64,000 nucleotides of DNA from Thermodesulfobacteriota bacterium (GCA_963675595.2 CAXXLZ010000002.1:3776001-3840000), one strand, 5' to 3'. Shown: positions 1-10,872, numbered from the stretch's first letter. Made by a program: numbers and translations. The notes: a model not told the origin generated them from the letters alone.

Positions 1-1
1 A

Positions 2-166
2 GAAGAGTTCCCAAAACTCAGGGACTTCAGAGAAGACCTTGAACGCAGATACCTTCGCGATTTGGTGGACCATTGCCGGGGCAACAAAATGGAGGCCTGC
101 CGCGTATCGGGGCTCTCCAGAGCCCGGCTGTACGACTTACTGAAGAAGTACGATATCCAAGACTGA
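2..166 (+). CDS. C-terminal Fis-type HTH of a sigma54-dependent transcriptional activator (5' truncated by window)
   Basis: Manual translation EEFPKLRDFREDLERRYLRDLVDHCRGNKMEACRVSGLSRARLYDLLKKYDIQD* resembles the NtrC/Fis HTH (GN..EA.R..GLSR..LY..LKKY). Confidence 0.85.
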   Translation, partial: EEFPKLRDFREDLERRYLRDLVDHCRGNKMEACRVSGLSRARLYDLLKKYDIQD

Positions 167-449
167 ATCGTCCTACCTGTACCGCAATTCAGACATGTCC
201 GGTTTCCAAGACATCAGACGCGCGACTTCGGGCACCACGTAATTCTCCTTGATTTTCAATGACATACCCGGAAATGAAGACGTGAAATCCGGAGTCCGCC
301 GGCTCTTCTTCCGGGGCGGATTGCGCTCTCTCTTCCCTCGTGTATGAGGGATTCATCCTAATAAAACAAATGGTTATGCCGGTCGATTCGCGTGTGAATC
401 GGCCGGCATGCTTCTTGATCTTCTTGCGTACGACGGGCATCGGGAATGA

Positions 450-1037
450 GTGACGCATCGGGCGCCACCGGGTTTATCCCGATCCCCCTTAGGGCTTGTG
501 CGCGGAGAGGGCCGGAAAGGATGTGCGGCTTTGAGACTGCTGATTTATGCGAGAGAGGGCGGCGGAGCGGCCCGGCGGCTGGAGACGGAGGTCCGCGGAT
601 TGGACTCATGCGGTCTCGTGGACTGGTCCCATGACCTGGAGCATCTGTGCCGTCTGTTGAGGACCACCCGGCACGCGGATACCATCGGCCTCATTCTTGC
701 CTTCGACTCCTCGGAACTGGCCGCCCTGTTACAAATGAAGGAGCTTTTTCGAGACATACCGTTGGTGGTGATCCTTCCCGATCGGGATGCCGAGACTGTT
801 TCCAAGGGATACGGTCTGGCGCCGCGCTATCTTGATTTTCTGGACGGCGACTTGGGGGACGTGGCTGAGATAGTCCGCAGAATGATGGGGAAGAAAAGCA
901 CTTCCAGGTGGAATGTGGACACGAAAGCGCGCATCACTCGGAGCGGTCCTGCATGCAGCTCCGATTCCGGTAGGGAAGCCCCGGTCCGAACGCCGAAGCC
1001 CGATTCTTCGGACCTGATCAAAAAGACGGTGAATTGA
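450..1037 (+). CDS. Hypothetical protein, possibly a degenerate receiver (CheY-like) fold; real start may be TTG at 531
   Basis: 195-aa ORF with DIPLVVILPD and KGYGLAPRYL resembling receiver beta4/alpha4; lies between a sigma54 activator and chemotaxis genes. Confidence 0.55.
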   Translation: MTHRAPPGLSRSPLGLVRGEGRKGCAALRLLIYAREGGGAARRLETEVRGLDSCGLVDWSHDLEHLCRLLRTTRHADTIGLILAFDSSELAALLQMKELFRDIPLVVILPDRDAETVSKGYGLAPRYLDFLDGDLGDVAEIVRRMMGKKSTSRWNVDTKARITRSGPACSSDSGREAPVRTPKPDSSDLIKKTVN

Positions 1038-1071
1038 GCAATCCGTAAATCAATTGAGTGAAGGGGGGATT

Positions 1072-1379
1072 ATGGCACAAGGCAAGGAAGCTCTGGGGAA
1101 CGGCGGAGGAGTTCGGTGCCGGAAGGAGAGGGCCCGGCCTTCTCGCCGGAATAAGATCGTTGCAGGCGCATTCTCAAGATTAAGGAATTCTTCGGCATGA
1201 TGCCTACCGTCCGGGTTCGCCAAACCCCCGTCCTTGTAAGAGAGGTCGTCAAACTTCACGGCAAATTGATTCCCGTGCTCGACCCGGAACGGGGTCTTCC
1301 TCCAAGGACGGATGAGAACCGCACGCTTGGGGCTTGGTCCCCATCTTATACATTGCGAAAGAATTTATGGATATATTGA
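1072..1379 (+). pseudogene. cheW: Degenerate cheW remnant
   Basis: Frame of 1197 reads [40 protein letters not shown], like CheW ILKIKEIIGMMPITxVPQTPxFVKGVINLRGKVIPVIDL; in-frame TAA at 1152; upstream ATG 1072 with a G-rich RBS is in another frame; C-terminal half missing. Confidence 0.7.
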
Positions 1380-1398
1380 AGATTTAAGGAGAAAGCCA

Positions 1399-3378
1399 GT
1401 GAAGAACCTCAGGTTGGGACTAAAGATATCCGGAGGGTTTGCGGTGTTGATCCTCATCGCCATGGCGGTGAGCGGGGTCGGAGTATTCAACATGGCGGGC
1501 GTCAAGGGGAAAGCCGTCGAACTCGACGAGGCGTATGTTAATGAAGTGGAACTGGTGAGCCGCCTGCAGCAGAACGTTCAGGCCACCATGTACAATATTC
1601 GTGGGTACGCCATGAGTGAGGACCGGAAGTACCTGGAGCCGGGGCTTAAGTTTCTGGACGCTGTGGGCAAGGACCTCCAAGAGTGCCGATCGCTGGCCGA
1701 ACGGTTCCCTCAGCTTACGGCTTTGCGAGAAAACGTGACCAAGGCCCAAGAAGCCGAGGAACACTACCGGACGTTGTTGAACGCCACCGTGGAACTCAAT
1801 GATGCCCTCCAAGCCGCCCGAAAAACCATGGACGAGACCGCCGGCCGCTTCATGGAGAACGCGTATGCTTTCCTGCACAGCCAGAAAGAAGCCCTGCGTC
1901 GGGAGCTGGCCAATGCCGCCGGTGCGGACACGGTTGAGGAACGGTTCTTCAAGGTCGGCCTCATCAACGATATCATAGATTTGGGAAACAGTCTGCGGGT
2001 GGCGAACTTCAAATCGCAAGCTACCTGGAATCCCGCCCTGATCGAGGAGGGGATAAAGGCTTTTCAAGCCGTCTCAGGAAAGTACGAAGAACTCGAGAAC
2101 ATTGTTCGAAAGCAGGAAAACAAGAAGCAACTTGCTGCCATTCAAGAGTCCGGCAACCTGTACATGAAAACGATGAGCAAATTTCTCACAGACTGGAAGG
2201 AACTCCGGAAGCGAGGTGAAGAACGAACCCAAGCCGGCGAAACACTCCTCCAACTTGCGGGCGGCACGTCCGATGTGGGGCTCCGGGGCATGAATCGAAT
2301 CGCCGAGGAAACCGTGTCTTCCTTGAATGCGGCCTCCACGGTTCTGGTGACCGGAGCACTGGTCATGCTCATACTAGGTGTGGGGGTGTCCCTGGTCATC
2401 ACTCGATCCATTACTCGTCCGGTAAACCGGATTATACAAGGCCTAAACGACGCTTCGGATCAGGTAGCTTCGGCCGCCGGCCAAGTTTCCTCCGCGAGCC
2501 AATCTTTGGCGGAGGGATCGTCGGAACAGGCGGCGTCTTTGGAGGAAACCTCCTCTTCTTTGGAAGAGATGGCGTCCATGACCAAACAGAACGCCGAAAA
2601 CGCCTCGCATGCCGACGGCTTGGTGAGACAGACGAACGATGTGGTTCTACACGCTTCGGATTCCATGAAGGAGCTTACCGCTTCCATGGAAGCCATTTCC
2701 GCAGCCAGTACGGAAACGTCCAAAATCATCAAGACCATTGATGAGATCGCTTTTCAAACCAATCTCCTGGCCTTGAATGCCGCCGTGGAGGCGGCTCGAG
2801 CCGGCGAAGCCGGTGCGGGTTTCGCCGTGGTGGCCGACGAGGTGAGAAATCTCGCCATGAGAGCGGCGGAGGCGGCCAAGAGCACGGCCGGCCTTATCGA
2901 AGAAACCGTTAAAAAGGTCAAAGACGGGTCGGGGCTGGTGGAAAAGACCGGAACCGCTTTCTCGGAAGTGGCGTCGGGATCATCCAAGGTGGCCGATTTG
3001 GTGGCGGAGATCGCATCGGCTTCCAAGGAACAGGCCATGGGGATCGAACAGGTCAACACGGCAGTCTCCGAAATGGACCGAGTGACCCAACAGAATGCGG
3101 CGAACGCGGAAGAGTCCGCCAGCGCGGCCGAGGAACTCAGCGCCCAGGCGGAACACATGAAATCCTTTGTGGGAGAGCTTGTTGCTTTGGTTACGGGGAA
3201 AGGACTGAACGGCGGTGCGGCCCCCATGCTGTCCGGCGGTGGAAGAACGAAAGCCAAGGCCCCTAAACGGTTGCGAAGAACGACTATGAAGCAGGCCAAG
3301 TCGCAGAAGCACGGTGCCAGGGAAGTGGATCCGGAAGAAGTGATCCCTTTGGATCGGGATTCTTTGGACGAATTCTAA
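1399..3378 (+). CDS. Methyl-accepting chemotaxis protein (2 TM, helical periplasmic sensor)
   Basis: Signalling tip [40 protein letters not shown]; GTG at 1399 preceded by AAGGAG. Confidence 0.95.
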   Translation: MKNLRLGLKISGGFAVLILIAMAVSGVGVFNMAGVKGKAVELDEAYVNEVELVSRLQQNVQATMYNIRGYAMSEDRKYLEPGLKFLDAVGKDLQECRSLAERFPQLTALRENVTKAQEAEEHYRTLLNATVELNDALQAARKTMDETAGRFMENAYAFLHSQKEALRRELANAAGADTVEERFFKVGLINDIIDLGNSLRVANFKSQATWNPALIEEGIKAFQAVSGKYEELENIVRKQENKKQLAAIQESGNLYMKTMSKFLTDWKELRKRGEERTQAGETLLQLAGGTSDVGLRGMNRIAEETVSSLNAASTVLVTGALVMLILGVGVSLVITRSITRPVNRIIQGLNDASDQVASAAGQVSSASQSLAEGSSEQAASLEETSSSLEEMASMTKQNAENASHADGLVRQTNDVVLHASDSMKELTASMEAISAASTETSKIIKTIDEIAFQTNLLALNAAVEAARAGEAGAGFAVVADEVRNLAMRAAEAAKSTAGLIEETVKKVKDGSGLVEKTGTAFSEVASGSSKVADLVAEIASASKEQAMGIEQVNTAVSEMDRVTQQNAANAEESASAAEELSAQAEHMKSFVGELVALVTGKGLNGGAAPMLSGGGRTKAKAPKRLRRTTMKQAKSQKHGAREVDPEEVIPLDRDSLDEF

Positions 3379-4003
3379 ATCGAAATGTAACAAGGAGCAC
3401 CGGGGCATAGGCGAGATTGCCGGTGCTTCTTCACGATGAAGGAAAAACTCGGGCTTCGGTGAAGAGCCGGCTACGATGAGGGGACGGTTTTTCCGCGAGG
3501 CCCGGCAACCACTCTCTGCGAGGCATGGTTGCAGATGATGCAGGACGGGCATCCCATGCCTGTCCGCATCTTCATGATCACCCGTCTCGACACCCGGTCG
3601 GGCGAACCTCATTTCTCCGCCTGCGTTCCGCGAGGCGTCCTTTCCCGAATTCACCTGTTCTTTCCAATGTATGTACCGGTACGCGCGCGTTCACCGGCGC
3701 GGTGAAATGTGGTTCCGCCGGGCCTCTTGCCGTAGGGTCGTGCCGTCGGCCCTTTGGACGGCAAGAATGGGTTCCCATATGATGCCCGACGGGTTGAGTT
3801 CGCGTGCGAAGTGGAATAGTCTGGCAAGAATTGCCGGGATCGAACGACTCATCTTGTGTATTGGAATATTGAAGTTTGTACCCGTTCGAAACGGTGGAGG
3901 TCGTGAGCCTGCGGCGACGGGCGGGAGGGTCGAAGCCTGAATCTCGCTTCGCCCCGGGCCGAACTCAAGGGACGTTGGCCGACGTCATGAGGGAAGGAGC
4001 AGT

Positions 4004-4768
4004 ATGGGAAGGACGCCGGCGCGGAAGTCAACCATGTTGATCGCGGTCTTGATTTGGTTGTCCGCCGCGGGAACGTGGGCCGCTTGGCTCGATCGACCGC
4101 TGAATCCCACGGGAGAGGAATTCGGGGTACTCATCGGAAGCTGCTCCACCCGAATGGACGGCGATCCTGATCGCACCCACAATATCTCGCTTTGCGCGCG
4201 CAAACTGGACCAGCGCGTCATCCCTCCCCATGGTCGGTTTTCCTTTAATAGCTCCGTCGGCAAACGAACCCTGCAACGGGGATTCAGGAAAGCGCCGGTT
4301 CTCTTTCTGGACGAGATGACCGAACAAGTGGGCGGAGGTGTCTGCCAGGTTTCTTCCACTCTGTACAATGCGGCTTTGCTCGCCGACCTCGATCCCGTTG
4401 AAAGATATAAACATTCCAGCCAAGTATATTACGTCCCCGTGGGTCAGGACGCTACCGTATCCTACGGGCATCGTGATCTTGTCCTGCGGAATCCTTTTGA
4501 TTTCCCGGTGAAACTGCGTGCGGCTGCGAGCCGGTCCGCTCTCACCATGTCATTTTTCGCCGCGGAGCCCCTGCCGTATGAGGTTCGACTCGAACGGTCG
4601 ATACGGGATATCGAGGCTCCCTTTGACAGTCCGTCGGCGAGGCCGGGGCAGGAAGTCCGGATCTACCGGATTCATGTTGGTTCGCAAGGTGAGGAAATCC
4701 ACCGGGAACGGGTTTCGGTGGATCGGTATCCCCCCGTGTACGATTGGAGCGAGGGATACGCACAGTAA
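4004..4768 (+). CDS. VanW-domain protein with N-terminal signal/TM
   Basis: FSFNSSVGKRT, GGGVCQVSSTLYNAAL, ERYKHS, GQDATVSYG..DL..RNP motifs; RBS GAAGGAG. Confidence 0.9.
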   Translation: MGRTPARKSTMLIAVLIWLSAAGTWAAWLDRPLNPTGEEFGVLIGSCSTRMDGDPDRTHNISLCARKLDQRVIPPHGRFSFNSSVGKRTLQRGFRKAPVLFLDEMTEQVGGGVCQVSSTLYNAALLADLDPVERYKHSSQVYYVPVGQDATVSYGHRDLVLRNPFDFPVKLRAAASRSALTMSFFAAEPLPYEVRLERSIRDIEAPFDSPSARPGQEVRIYRIHVGSQGEEIHRERVSVDRYPPVYDWSEGYAQ

Positions 4769-4898
4769 ACGGCAACCACCCAATGCGTCGGCGCGTATTC
4801 GAAACCAATGAGATGCATTCAAGTTGGGCATCGAATTCCACGTGTCCGGCGTTTCGAACACCCGATCTGCGATGACGGATCGTCGCCGGGAAGAGACC

Positions 4899-5540
4899 AT
4901 GCTCGATCGACGGGCGAAGTTTTTAATCTTCATTGTGGCGAGTTTATGGCTCCCGGGCATTTTGGGAATTCCATCAACGGCGGACGCCGTCATTCCCCTG
5001 GCCGAATACGAAAAGATCCGCGGCACCAACCTGGAACGGCTGATTCTTCAAGAAGCCCGCACGGCTATTGAGGAAGTCTTGTCCAACGGCGAGCGGCAAA
5101 AGCACGCTCTGCCCTGGCCCGGACCCCGTGTCGGCCTCTTTCTTACCCTCATGAACGGACGTGGGGTCCGGGCCTGCGCGGGCACTTTTTCTTCCATGGC
5201 CGCTTCTCTGGCGGAGGCTTTGCGGGATGCGGCCGTTTCGGCCGTTTCTCTGGATCCACGAGCCGCGCCGGTGGCTGTTTCCGAACTGACGCATTTGCGC
5301 GTCGTGGTGTCGTTCGTGGGGGAACCGGTGTTTTGCCCGAATCCGTTTCTCATCGATTTCAGACGAGAGGGCCTGATGACCCGAATCGGCGGCCTGGAAC
5401 GGCTATTGTTGCCGGGAGAGGCGAAAACGCTCCAATATGGAATCAGTCGATTGCTGGGCATTTCGGAACCCTCCAAACATACCTTCGAGAGGTTTCCGGT
5501 GGTGACCTTGGACGAACGTAAATGGGAGGACTTGAGATGA
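4899..5540 (+). CDS. AMMECR1-domain protein with predicted signal peptide
   Basis: GLFLTL...VRACAG (cf. LRGCIG), A...DPR..PV...EL..L, REGL, LLLPG; hydrophobic N-terminus ending in ADA; stop overlaps the next start (ATGA). Confidence 0.8.
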   Translation: MLDRRAKFLIFIVASLWLPGILGIPSTADAVIPLAEYEKIRGTNLERLILQEARTAIEEVLSNGERQKHALPWPGPRVGLFLTLMNGRGVRACAGTFSSMAASLAEALRDAAVSAVSLDPRAAPVAVSELTHLRVVVSFVGEPVFCPNPFLIDFRREGLMTRIGGLERLLLPGEAKTLQYGISRLLGISEPSKHTFERFPVVTLDERKWEDLR

Positions 5541-8500
5541 TCAGGCGGACTTGGCCGGTGTTGTTTCTTCTGGTGTTCCTGTTGCTGAATTCCCCGGCGT
5601 TCGGGGAACACATGGAACTGGGCGGAGTCGTGGTGGACCGGCAAACGGGCTCCGGCATCCCGGACGCGCTGGTGGAAATCGAGAACGCCTCCGGCGGAGC
5701 GGGTTATTCCCGTATGGAGACCGATGTCGAAGGAGGATTCCGCTTCGAGAACCTGCCCTCCGGCGTGCGATTTCATGTTTCGGTCACGGCGCAGGGTTAC
5801 GCCTCGACCCTGATGTCCTACTGGGAGCCGGGTTCCGGGACTGTCGAGTCCCGTTTGCGCATCGAGATGCATCCGGAAGGGAGACTCGGCGGCAAGATCA
5901 CCACGAGCCAAGGCCTTCCTTTGGAACGAGCGCGCATCGTATTGGACCAGATTTCACCGCAGCCTTTTCTGGTCAATCATTTTGAGCGGGAAACCGACCG
6001 CGGGGGGACCTACCGAATCGACGGCATCCCCCAAGGCGGCTACCGGATGGTCATCCAAAAGGAAGGGTTCCTGAACGAAGAGTTCAGGAACGTGTTCATC
6101 GCTTCGGGCAAAGACGAGGAGATGAACGTGGTCCTATATGCGCCGGCTTCCATTTCCGGCAGGGTACGGCTGGACGACGGTGAAACCCCGCTGTTCAACA
6201 TCGCGGTAACCGCCGTGGGCCCTGTTTCTTCCTTGTCCAACACGAACCCGGACGGTGAATATCTTGTTGAAAACCTCAAGCCCGGCCTCTATAGCGTGAC
6301 CGCCGCGTCGGATGGATTCAGGCCGCAGAAGAAGAGGATCGAAATCCATGTCGGGGAGGGAGAAACGGTGGAGGGCGTCGAGCTTTTGTTGAGCGCCGAG
6401 CCGTCTCAAATTCGCATCGCCATCTACCAGGATGTCTACACGTTGAATGAGCCTGTGAAGTTTGTCGTCCGAGCGTTCAACCTACCGGGGACAAAGATTC
6501 GTATCTATGAAATTCCCGAACAGGCGTGGGCGACCGATCGCAGTCGCTTCGAACGGCTGCTGGCAGGAAAGGATGACTTGAGCGGGTTAAAACAGGTTCA
6601 TGAATCCTCAATGACTTTCAGCCGCTTTCGACCGTTTTCATGGGTGAGCCGCGAGGTCACGGTGGAGTCCCCCCTAACTCCCGGGGCTTATCTTCTTCAG
6701 GTCGCGACCGACGGAGTCGAGGCCCGACACCCCATATTCATCTCCAACTTGGGCATCGCGGTTTTGCGCGGCAAGGACGATCTGTTGATCTATGCTATGA
6801 ACCTCGAAACCAACCGAGCGGAACCGGGAGCGAACGTATTCGTGTTGAATCGGGAGAAAACCGAATCCGTGGCCGTTCCGAACATCAGTCGACGTATTCT
6901 CGACACGCTCTTTCCAGCGCGATCTCTTCGGCAGGGCGTGACCGACGACTCGGGCCTGCTCCGTCTGAAGGGAATCCAGGAACCGTCGGTTCATCTCTTG
7001 GCGCTGAAGCGGGGGGTGGGATTGGCGGTGACCCACGCGTTCCTGACTCCCTATGCGGCGACCGGCGGACGTAAGGTTCTGATCTACACGGATCGGCCTG
7101 TGTATCGACCGGGGCATGAAGCGCATTTTAAGGCCCTGGTCAAGGAGTTCCGAGAAGGTGTGCCCGAACCCGCGCCCCAAGGAAAATCCATTACCGTGAC
7201 CCTGCGGGATCCCGACGGCAAGGGGGTGTTCACCGGCGAATTCGTCACGGATGATTGGGGTTGCGTTTACGGTTCCATTCCTTTGAGCGCCGATGCGCGC
7301 TTGGGAACCTATGAGCTCTTCGTGGACGGCTTCGCTTCGGGCAGGAGTGTCTTTTCCGTTCAGGCCTACCGAAAACCGGATTTTCAGGTTCGAGTGACCA
7401 CCGATCATGCCGCCTACGTTACGGGGGACCGTGTGCAGGCTCGCGTGGAAGCTCGCTATTTTCTGGGACTTCCTTTGAAAAACGCGCCCATTGAATATCG
7501 CGTGTACGAAACCTTACGGAGCCGTCCGGAAACCACCGCTTGGTGGGAGGCGTCCTACTATGATTCAGCGGGTTACCAAACCGTCATAAAACACGGCAGG
7601 GGTACGACCGATGCCCAAGGTTTTTTTGCCTTTGATTTTCTTCCGGGTCCCAAATCCTACGACCGAACGCTCACCATCGAGGCGGACGTAACCGCGCCTT
7701 CGGGGCGTGTGGAGGACGGTAGGGCGGAGACTGCGTACGAAAGGAGTCGGTACCGAGTCAAACTCGGCCTCGGGGGTTCGGTTTTCCGCACCGGCGAATC
7801 TCCTCGATTGACGGTTCGGGTAGCGAATCAGGAAGGCGATCCCGTGGAGCGGGCAAAGGTCCGCGTGTCCCTGGAACAGGAAACATGGGACCCCGTGCGT
7901 CGCCGGTATGAACGCGGGGCCACCCCGGTTTGGTCGCGGATCGTGGAGACGGGAGTCGGAGGCAAGGCGGAACTGCAGGTTCCGCTGGAAGGTCTTGAGA
8001 GTGGAAAAGCCCAACTCACGGCCGCCACCAAAGACTCCTCAGGCAACCCGGCTGCGTCGCGATGCGATTTCTGGACCTTCACCGGTACGTCGTTTAACGC
8101 CTCATATGACTATCCCGCATTGGACCTGTTTCTCGACAAAGATGCCTATCGTCCGGGAGACAAGGCCCGGCTGGTTCTTCATTCCTCCGTTCCTCAAGCG
8201 GAGGTGTTGCTGACCTTTGAAGGCGAAACCCTCCTGTCTTATCAACGCCTTGTCATGAAGGAGCCCACCCGGATTCTTGAAATCCCCGTGGAGGAATCCT
8301 TTGCACCCAATGTGCACATCTCCGCCTTGCTGCACGACGGCAAGAAACTGCACTACCGGCGAATCTCCTTGAATGTTCCCGTGGAAAGCGGTGACTTCAA
8401 CTTGTCCGCGGCCTTTGACCGCGAGGAATATGCTCCCGGGGACCCGGCGGAAGTGGTCATCCGATGCACCGGCGACGACGGGAAACCGGTGAATGCCGAC

Positions 8501-10831
8501 ATGAGTCTTGCCGTGGTGGATGAAGCCGTCTACCGCATCGCCGAAGATCGGACGCCGGACCCTGCGGACTTTTTCTACGCCTTGCGGCCGCCCTGGTTTT
8601 CACTCACGTATTCCTTCCCACTCCGCTTCATCGGGGGAGCCACGAAAGACCGGGGCGATCTGAGGGCGAGAACGAATTTTAAAGACACGGCCCTCTGGAT
8701 TCCCAACCTTCGAACGGGAACATCGGAAACGGTGAGCGCCGCCTTCACCATGCCCGATAATCTCACCACTTGGCGGGCGACCATTTTGGGGCATACCAAG
8801 GAAGGGCGTTTCGCCCTTGAGCGGACCCGCACCTTGAGCAGCAAGCCGCTGGCCGTTTCCCTGAAGCCTCCTCGTTTTCTCGTGGCGGGCGACCGCATGG
8901 AGGTCTCCGCCGTCTTGGTGAATCGGACGGAAGAACCCCTGGAAACCGCGTACGCGATGCTCACTCCCGAAGCAGGGGTCGAACTGTTGACCGAGCCCCG
9001 GCGATCCGTTTCTCTCCCCGCAGGAGGTACCGCGAGAACCTCCTGGGTGTTGTCCGCCGAAGATGCGGCAAGCGCGCGAATGACCGTTCGGGGGGGAGCC
9101 GACGGCATGGAAGATTCGGAACGCCGCGATTTTCCCATCGCCGATCCCGGCATTCCTCTGAGAGTGGGAATTTCCGGGCGAATCGAAGGCGACAGCGGAC
9201 AAGCGAGCCTTCTGATCCCTGAGGACGCCTCTCTTCGGAGGGCCGCTGCGGAAATATCGGTGACGCCGCATCCCGCTTTGGCCGCGTTCTCCGCTGTTCC
9301 TTATCTCACGGCGTTTCCCTATGGTTGTGCCGAACAGACCCTGAATGCCTTCTTGCCCGTGGCGGTCTACCTGAGCACCTTGAACGCGCTCGGTCTGGAA
9401 GTTCAGACGGAAGCGGCGCTCATCAAGAACCTCGAAGAAGGACTGGGCCGCCTGCAACGTTTTATCAACTACGACGGAGAGGTCTCCTGGGGTCCCTATT
9501 CGGACCCGGACCCCTATCTAACGGCTCTTGCCTATTTTTCCTTACTGAGAGCCGTGGATTTATTGGGTTTGGATGGAACAAAGAAGTCTTTGGACCGTGG
9601 GGCCGGGCTTTCGGAGGAAGAGACCCCGCTGCTTTCGGGGCTTCTGCGCGATCACGACGGATTAACCCGAAGAATGGAACATGCCCTGATCCGCTTTCTG
9701 GAAGCGGAGCGACGGAGGTCCATGCAGCTTTTCATCCTGCTGGCCCTGACCGAGGGCGAGTACAGAGACCCCAAGACCGCCGGCGACTTGGCTTTGCAAC
9801 TGGATGCCATGGATCCCATGGAATTGGGCATGGCCATCCCCGTATGGAAGCGGCATGGAATGGAACTCACGGTGCAGTTGGCCCTGAACAAGCTCAAGAG
9901 TTTCGCCGTGGAGACTCCTCACGGAGTGCATTTCGCCCTTTCGGATCAACAAACCCAAGACGTCGATCTGGTGGAGCAGAACGCTTTTTGTCTCATGGCC
10001 TTGACATCGGCATCTCCGGAGGACCCGCTTGTCGATTCTTTGACGAATTGGATACTGGCTCAGAGAAGAGGTCTGCAATGGCATTCCACCAGGGCGTCGG
10101 GATTGTGCTTGTTGGCCTTGTCCCGAGTGTTCGCATCGGACCCGAACCTCAAATCATTTCAAGGCGGCAGCCTGAGGGTCACGGTCAACGGGAAGGAACT
10201 CGGCGAGTTCCAACTGAGTCCCGAAACGCTGAAAGCCGGTGTGGACCCCAACATGTCCATCCCCGTCGAGTTGTTCCACGCAGGCAACAACGAAATTCGG
10301 TTCCAGGGACAAAAACTCTCTCGGGTCTATTATGCGGTGCAGGTCGATGCACATGATCGGCGCATTTTCGGCGATCCTTTCTCCGAGGGTTGCGCCGTGT
10401 ACCTGGACAAGGAACTGCATATCGGCAAGAGGGTTCTGGACAGTCAAAATCGACCGCGGATTCTGCCGGCGGACTTGTCCGAGGGGATTCATCCGGGGGA
10501 CGAAGTACTGGTTCGTGTGTCTTTTACGCCGGATCGGGATTACCGGTATTTCCTTCTGGAGGATTACCTGCCCGCCGGGTTCGAAACCGTGGATTTCGAG
10601 TCCTCGCAGGAGGTTTCTTGGTGGCCGGTCTACGCGTGGAAGGAACGGCACGACCGTCGTGTGGCCTTTTTCTTTCCTCGATTGCGCGAAGGGGAGGAGG
10701 TTTCTCTGGAATATGTGATTCGGGCGGAATCTCCGGGAATGTTTTTGGTGAAACCGGCCGTGCTCTCCGATTTTTACACTCCGGACATTCGGGCGGTGAG
10801 CCGCTCTTCGAAGATCGAGGTGCAACGATAG
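5537..10831 (+). CDS. Bacterial alpha-2-macroglobulin family protein with N-terminal carboxypeptidase-regulatory-like repeats
   Basis: IYTDRPVYRPG, QAYRKPDF, SLAVVDEAV, RTNFKDTALW, PDNLTTWR, thioester PYGCAEQT (CAEQ at 9326-9337), LEDYLPAGFE. Confidence 0.93.
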   Translation: MIRRTWPVLFLLVFLLLNSPAFGEHMELGGVVVDRQTGSGIPDALVEIENASGGAGYSRMETDVEGGFRFENLPSGVRFHVSVTAQGYASTLMSYWEPGSGTVESRLRIEMHPEGRLGGKITTSQGLPLERARIVLDQISPQPFLVNHFERETDRGGTYRIDGIPQGGYRMVIQKEGFLNEEFRNVFIASGKDEEMNVVLYAPASISGRVRLDDGETPLFNIAVTAVGPVSSLSNTNPDGEYLVENLKPGLYSVTAASDGFRPQKKRIEIHVGEGETVEGVELLLSAEPSQIRIAIYQDVYTLNEPVKFVVRAFNLPGTKIRIYEIPEQAWATDRSRFERLLAGKDDLSGLKQVHESSMTFSRFRPFSWVSREVTVESPLTPGAYLLQVATDGVEARHPIFISNLGIAVLRGKDDLLIYAMNLETNRAEPGANVFVLNREKTESVAVPNISRRILDTLFPARSLRQGVTDDSGLLRLKGIQEPSVHLLALKRGVGLAVTHAFLTPYAATGGRKVLIYTDRPVYRPGHEAHFKALVKEFREGVPEPAPQGKSITVTLRDPDGKGVFTGEFVTDDWGCVYGSIPLSADARLGTYELFVDGFASGRSVFSVQAYRKPDFQVRVTTDHAAYVTGDRVQARVEARYFLGLPLKNAPIEYRVYETLRSRPETTAWWEASYYDSAGYQTVIKHGRGTTDAQGFFAFDFLPGPKSYDRTLTIEADVTAPSGRVEDGRAETAYERSRYRVKLGLGGSVFRTGESPRLTVRVANQEGDPVERAKVRVSLEQETWDPVRRRYERGATPVWSRIVETGVGGKAELQVPLEGLESGKAQLTAATKDSSGNPAASRCDFWTFTGTSFNASYDYPALDLFLDKDAYRPGDKARLVLHSSVPQAEVLLTFEGETLLSYQRLVMKEPTRILEIPVEESFAPNVHISALLHDGKKLHYRRISLNVPVESGDFNLSAAFDREEYAPGDPAEVVIRCTGDDGKPVNADMSLAVVDEAVYRIAEDRTPDPADFFYALRPPWFSLTYSFPLRFIGGATKDRGDLRARTNFKDTALWIPNLRTGTSETVSAAFTMPDNLTTWRATILGHTKEGRFALERTRTLSSKPLAVSLKPPRFLVAGDRMEVSAVLVNRTEEPLETAYAMLTPEAGVELLTEPRRSVSLPAGGTARTSWVLSAEDAASARMTVRGGADGMEDSERRDFPIADPGIPLRVGISGRIEGDSGQASLLIPEDASLRRAAAEISVTPHPALAAFSAVPYLTAFPYGCAEQTLNAFLPVAVYLSTLNALGLEVQTEAALIKNLEEGLGRLQRFINYDGEVSWGPYSDPDPYLTALAYFSLLRAVDLLGLDGTKKSLDRGAGLSEEETPLLSGLLRDHDGLTRRMEHALIRFLEAERRRSMQLFILLALTEGEYRDPKTAGDLALQLDAMDPMELGMAIPVWKRHGMELTVQLALNKLKSFAVETPHGVHFALSDQQTQDVDLVEQNAFCLMALTSASPEDPLVDSLTNWILAQRRGLQWHSTRASGLCLLALSRVFASDPNLKSFQGGSLRVTVNGKELGEFQLSPETLKAGVDPNMSIPVELFHAGNNEIRFQGQKLSRVYYAVQVDAHDRRIFGDPFSEGCAVYLDKELHIGKRVLDSQNRPRILPADLSEGIHPGDEVLVRVSFTPDRDYRYFLLEDYLPAGFETVDFESSQEVSWWPVYAWKERHDRRVAFFFPRLREGEEVSLEYVIRAESPGMFLVKPAVLSDFYTPDIRAVSRSSKIEVQR

Positions 10832-10872
10832 GAGAAGCACCTCGCCGGTGCCGGTCGAATAGACACCGGCCA

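Noticed and set aside
3822-3834. tggcaagaattgc as a sigma54 promoter for vanW
   Set aside because: GG-GC spacing is 8 nt rather than the required 10
4004-4768. vanW as evidence of vancomycin resistance
   Set aside because: No vanHAX/vanRS genes; VanW domains are widespread outside resistance clusters
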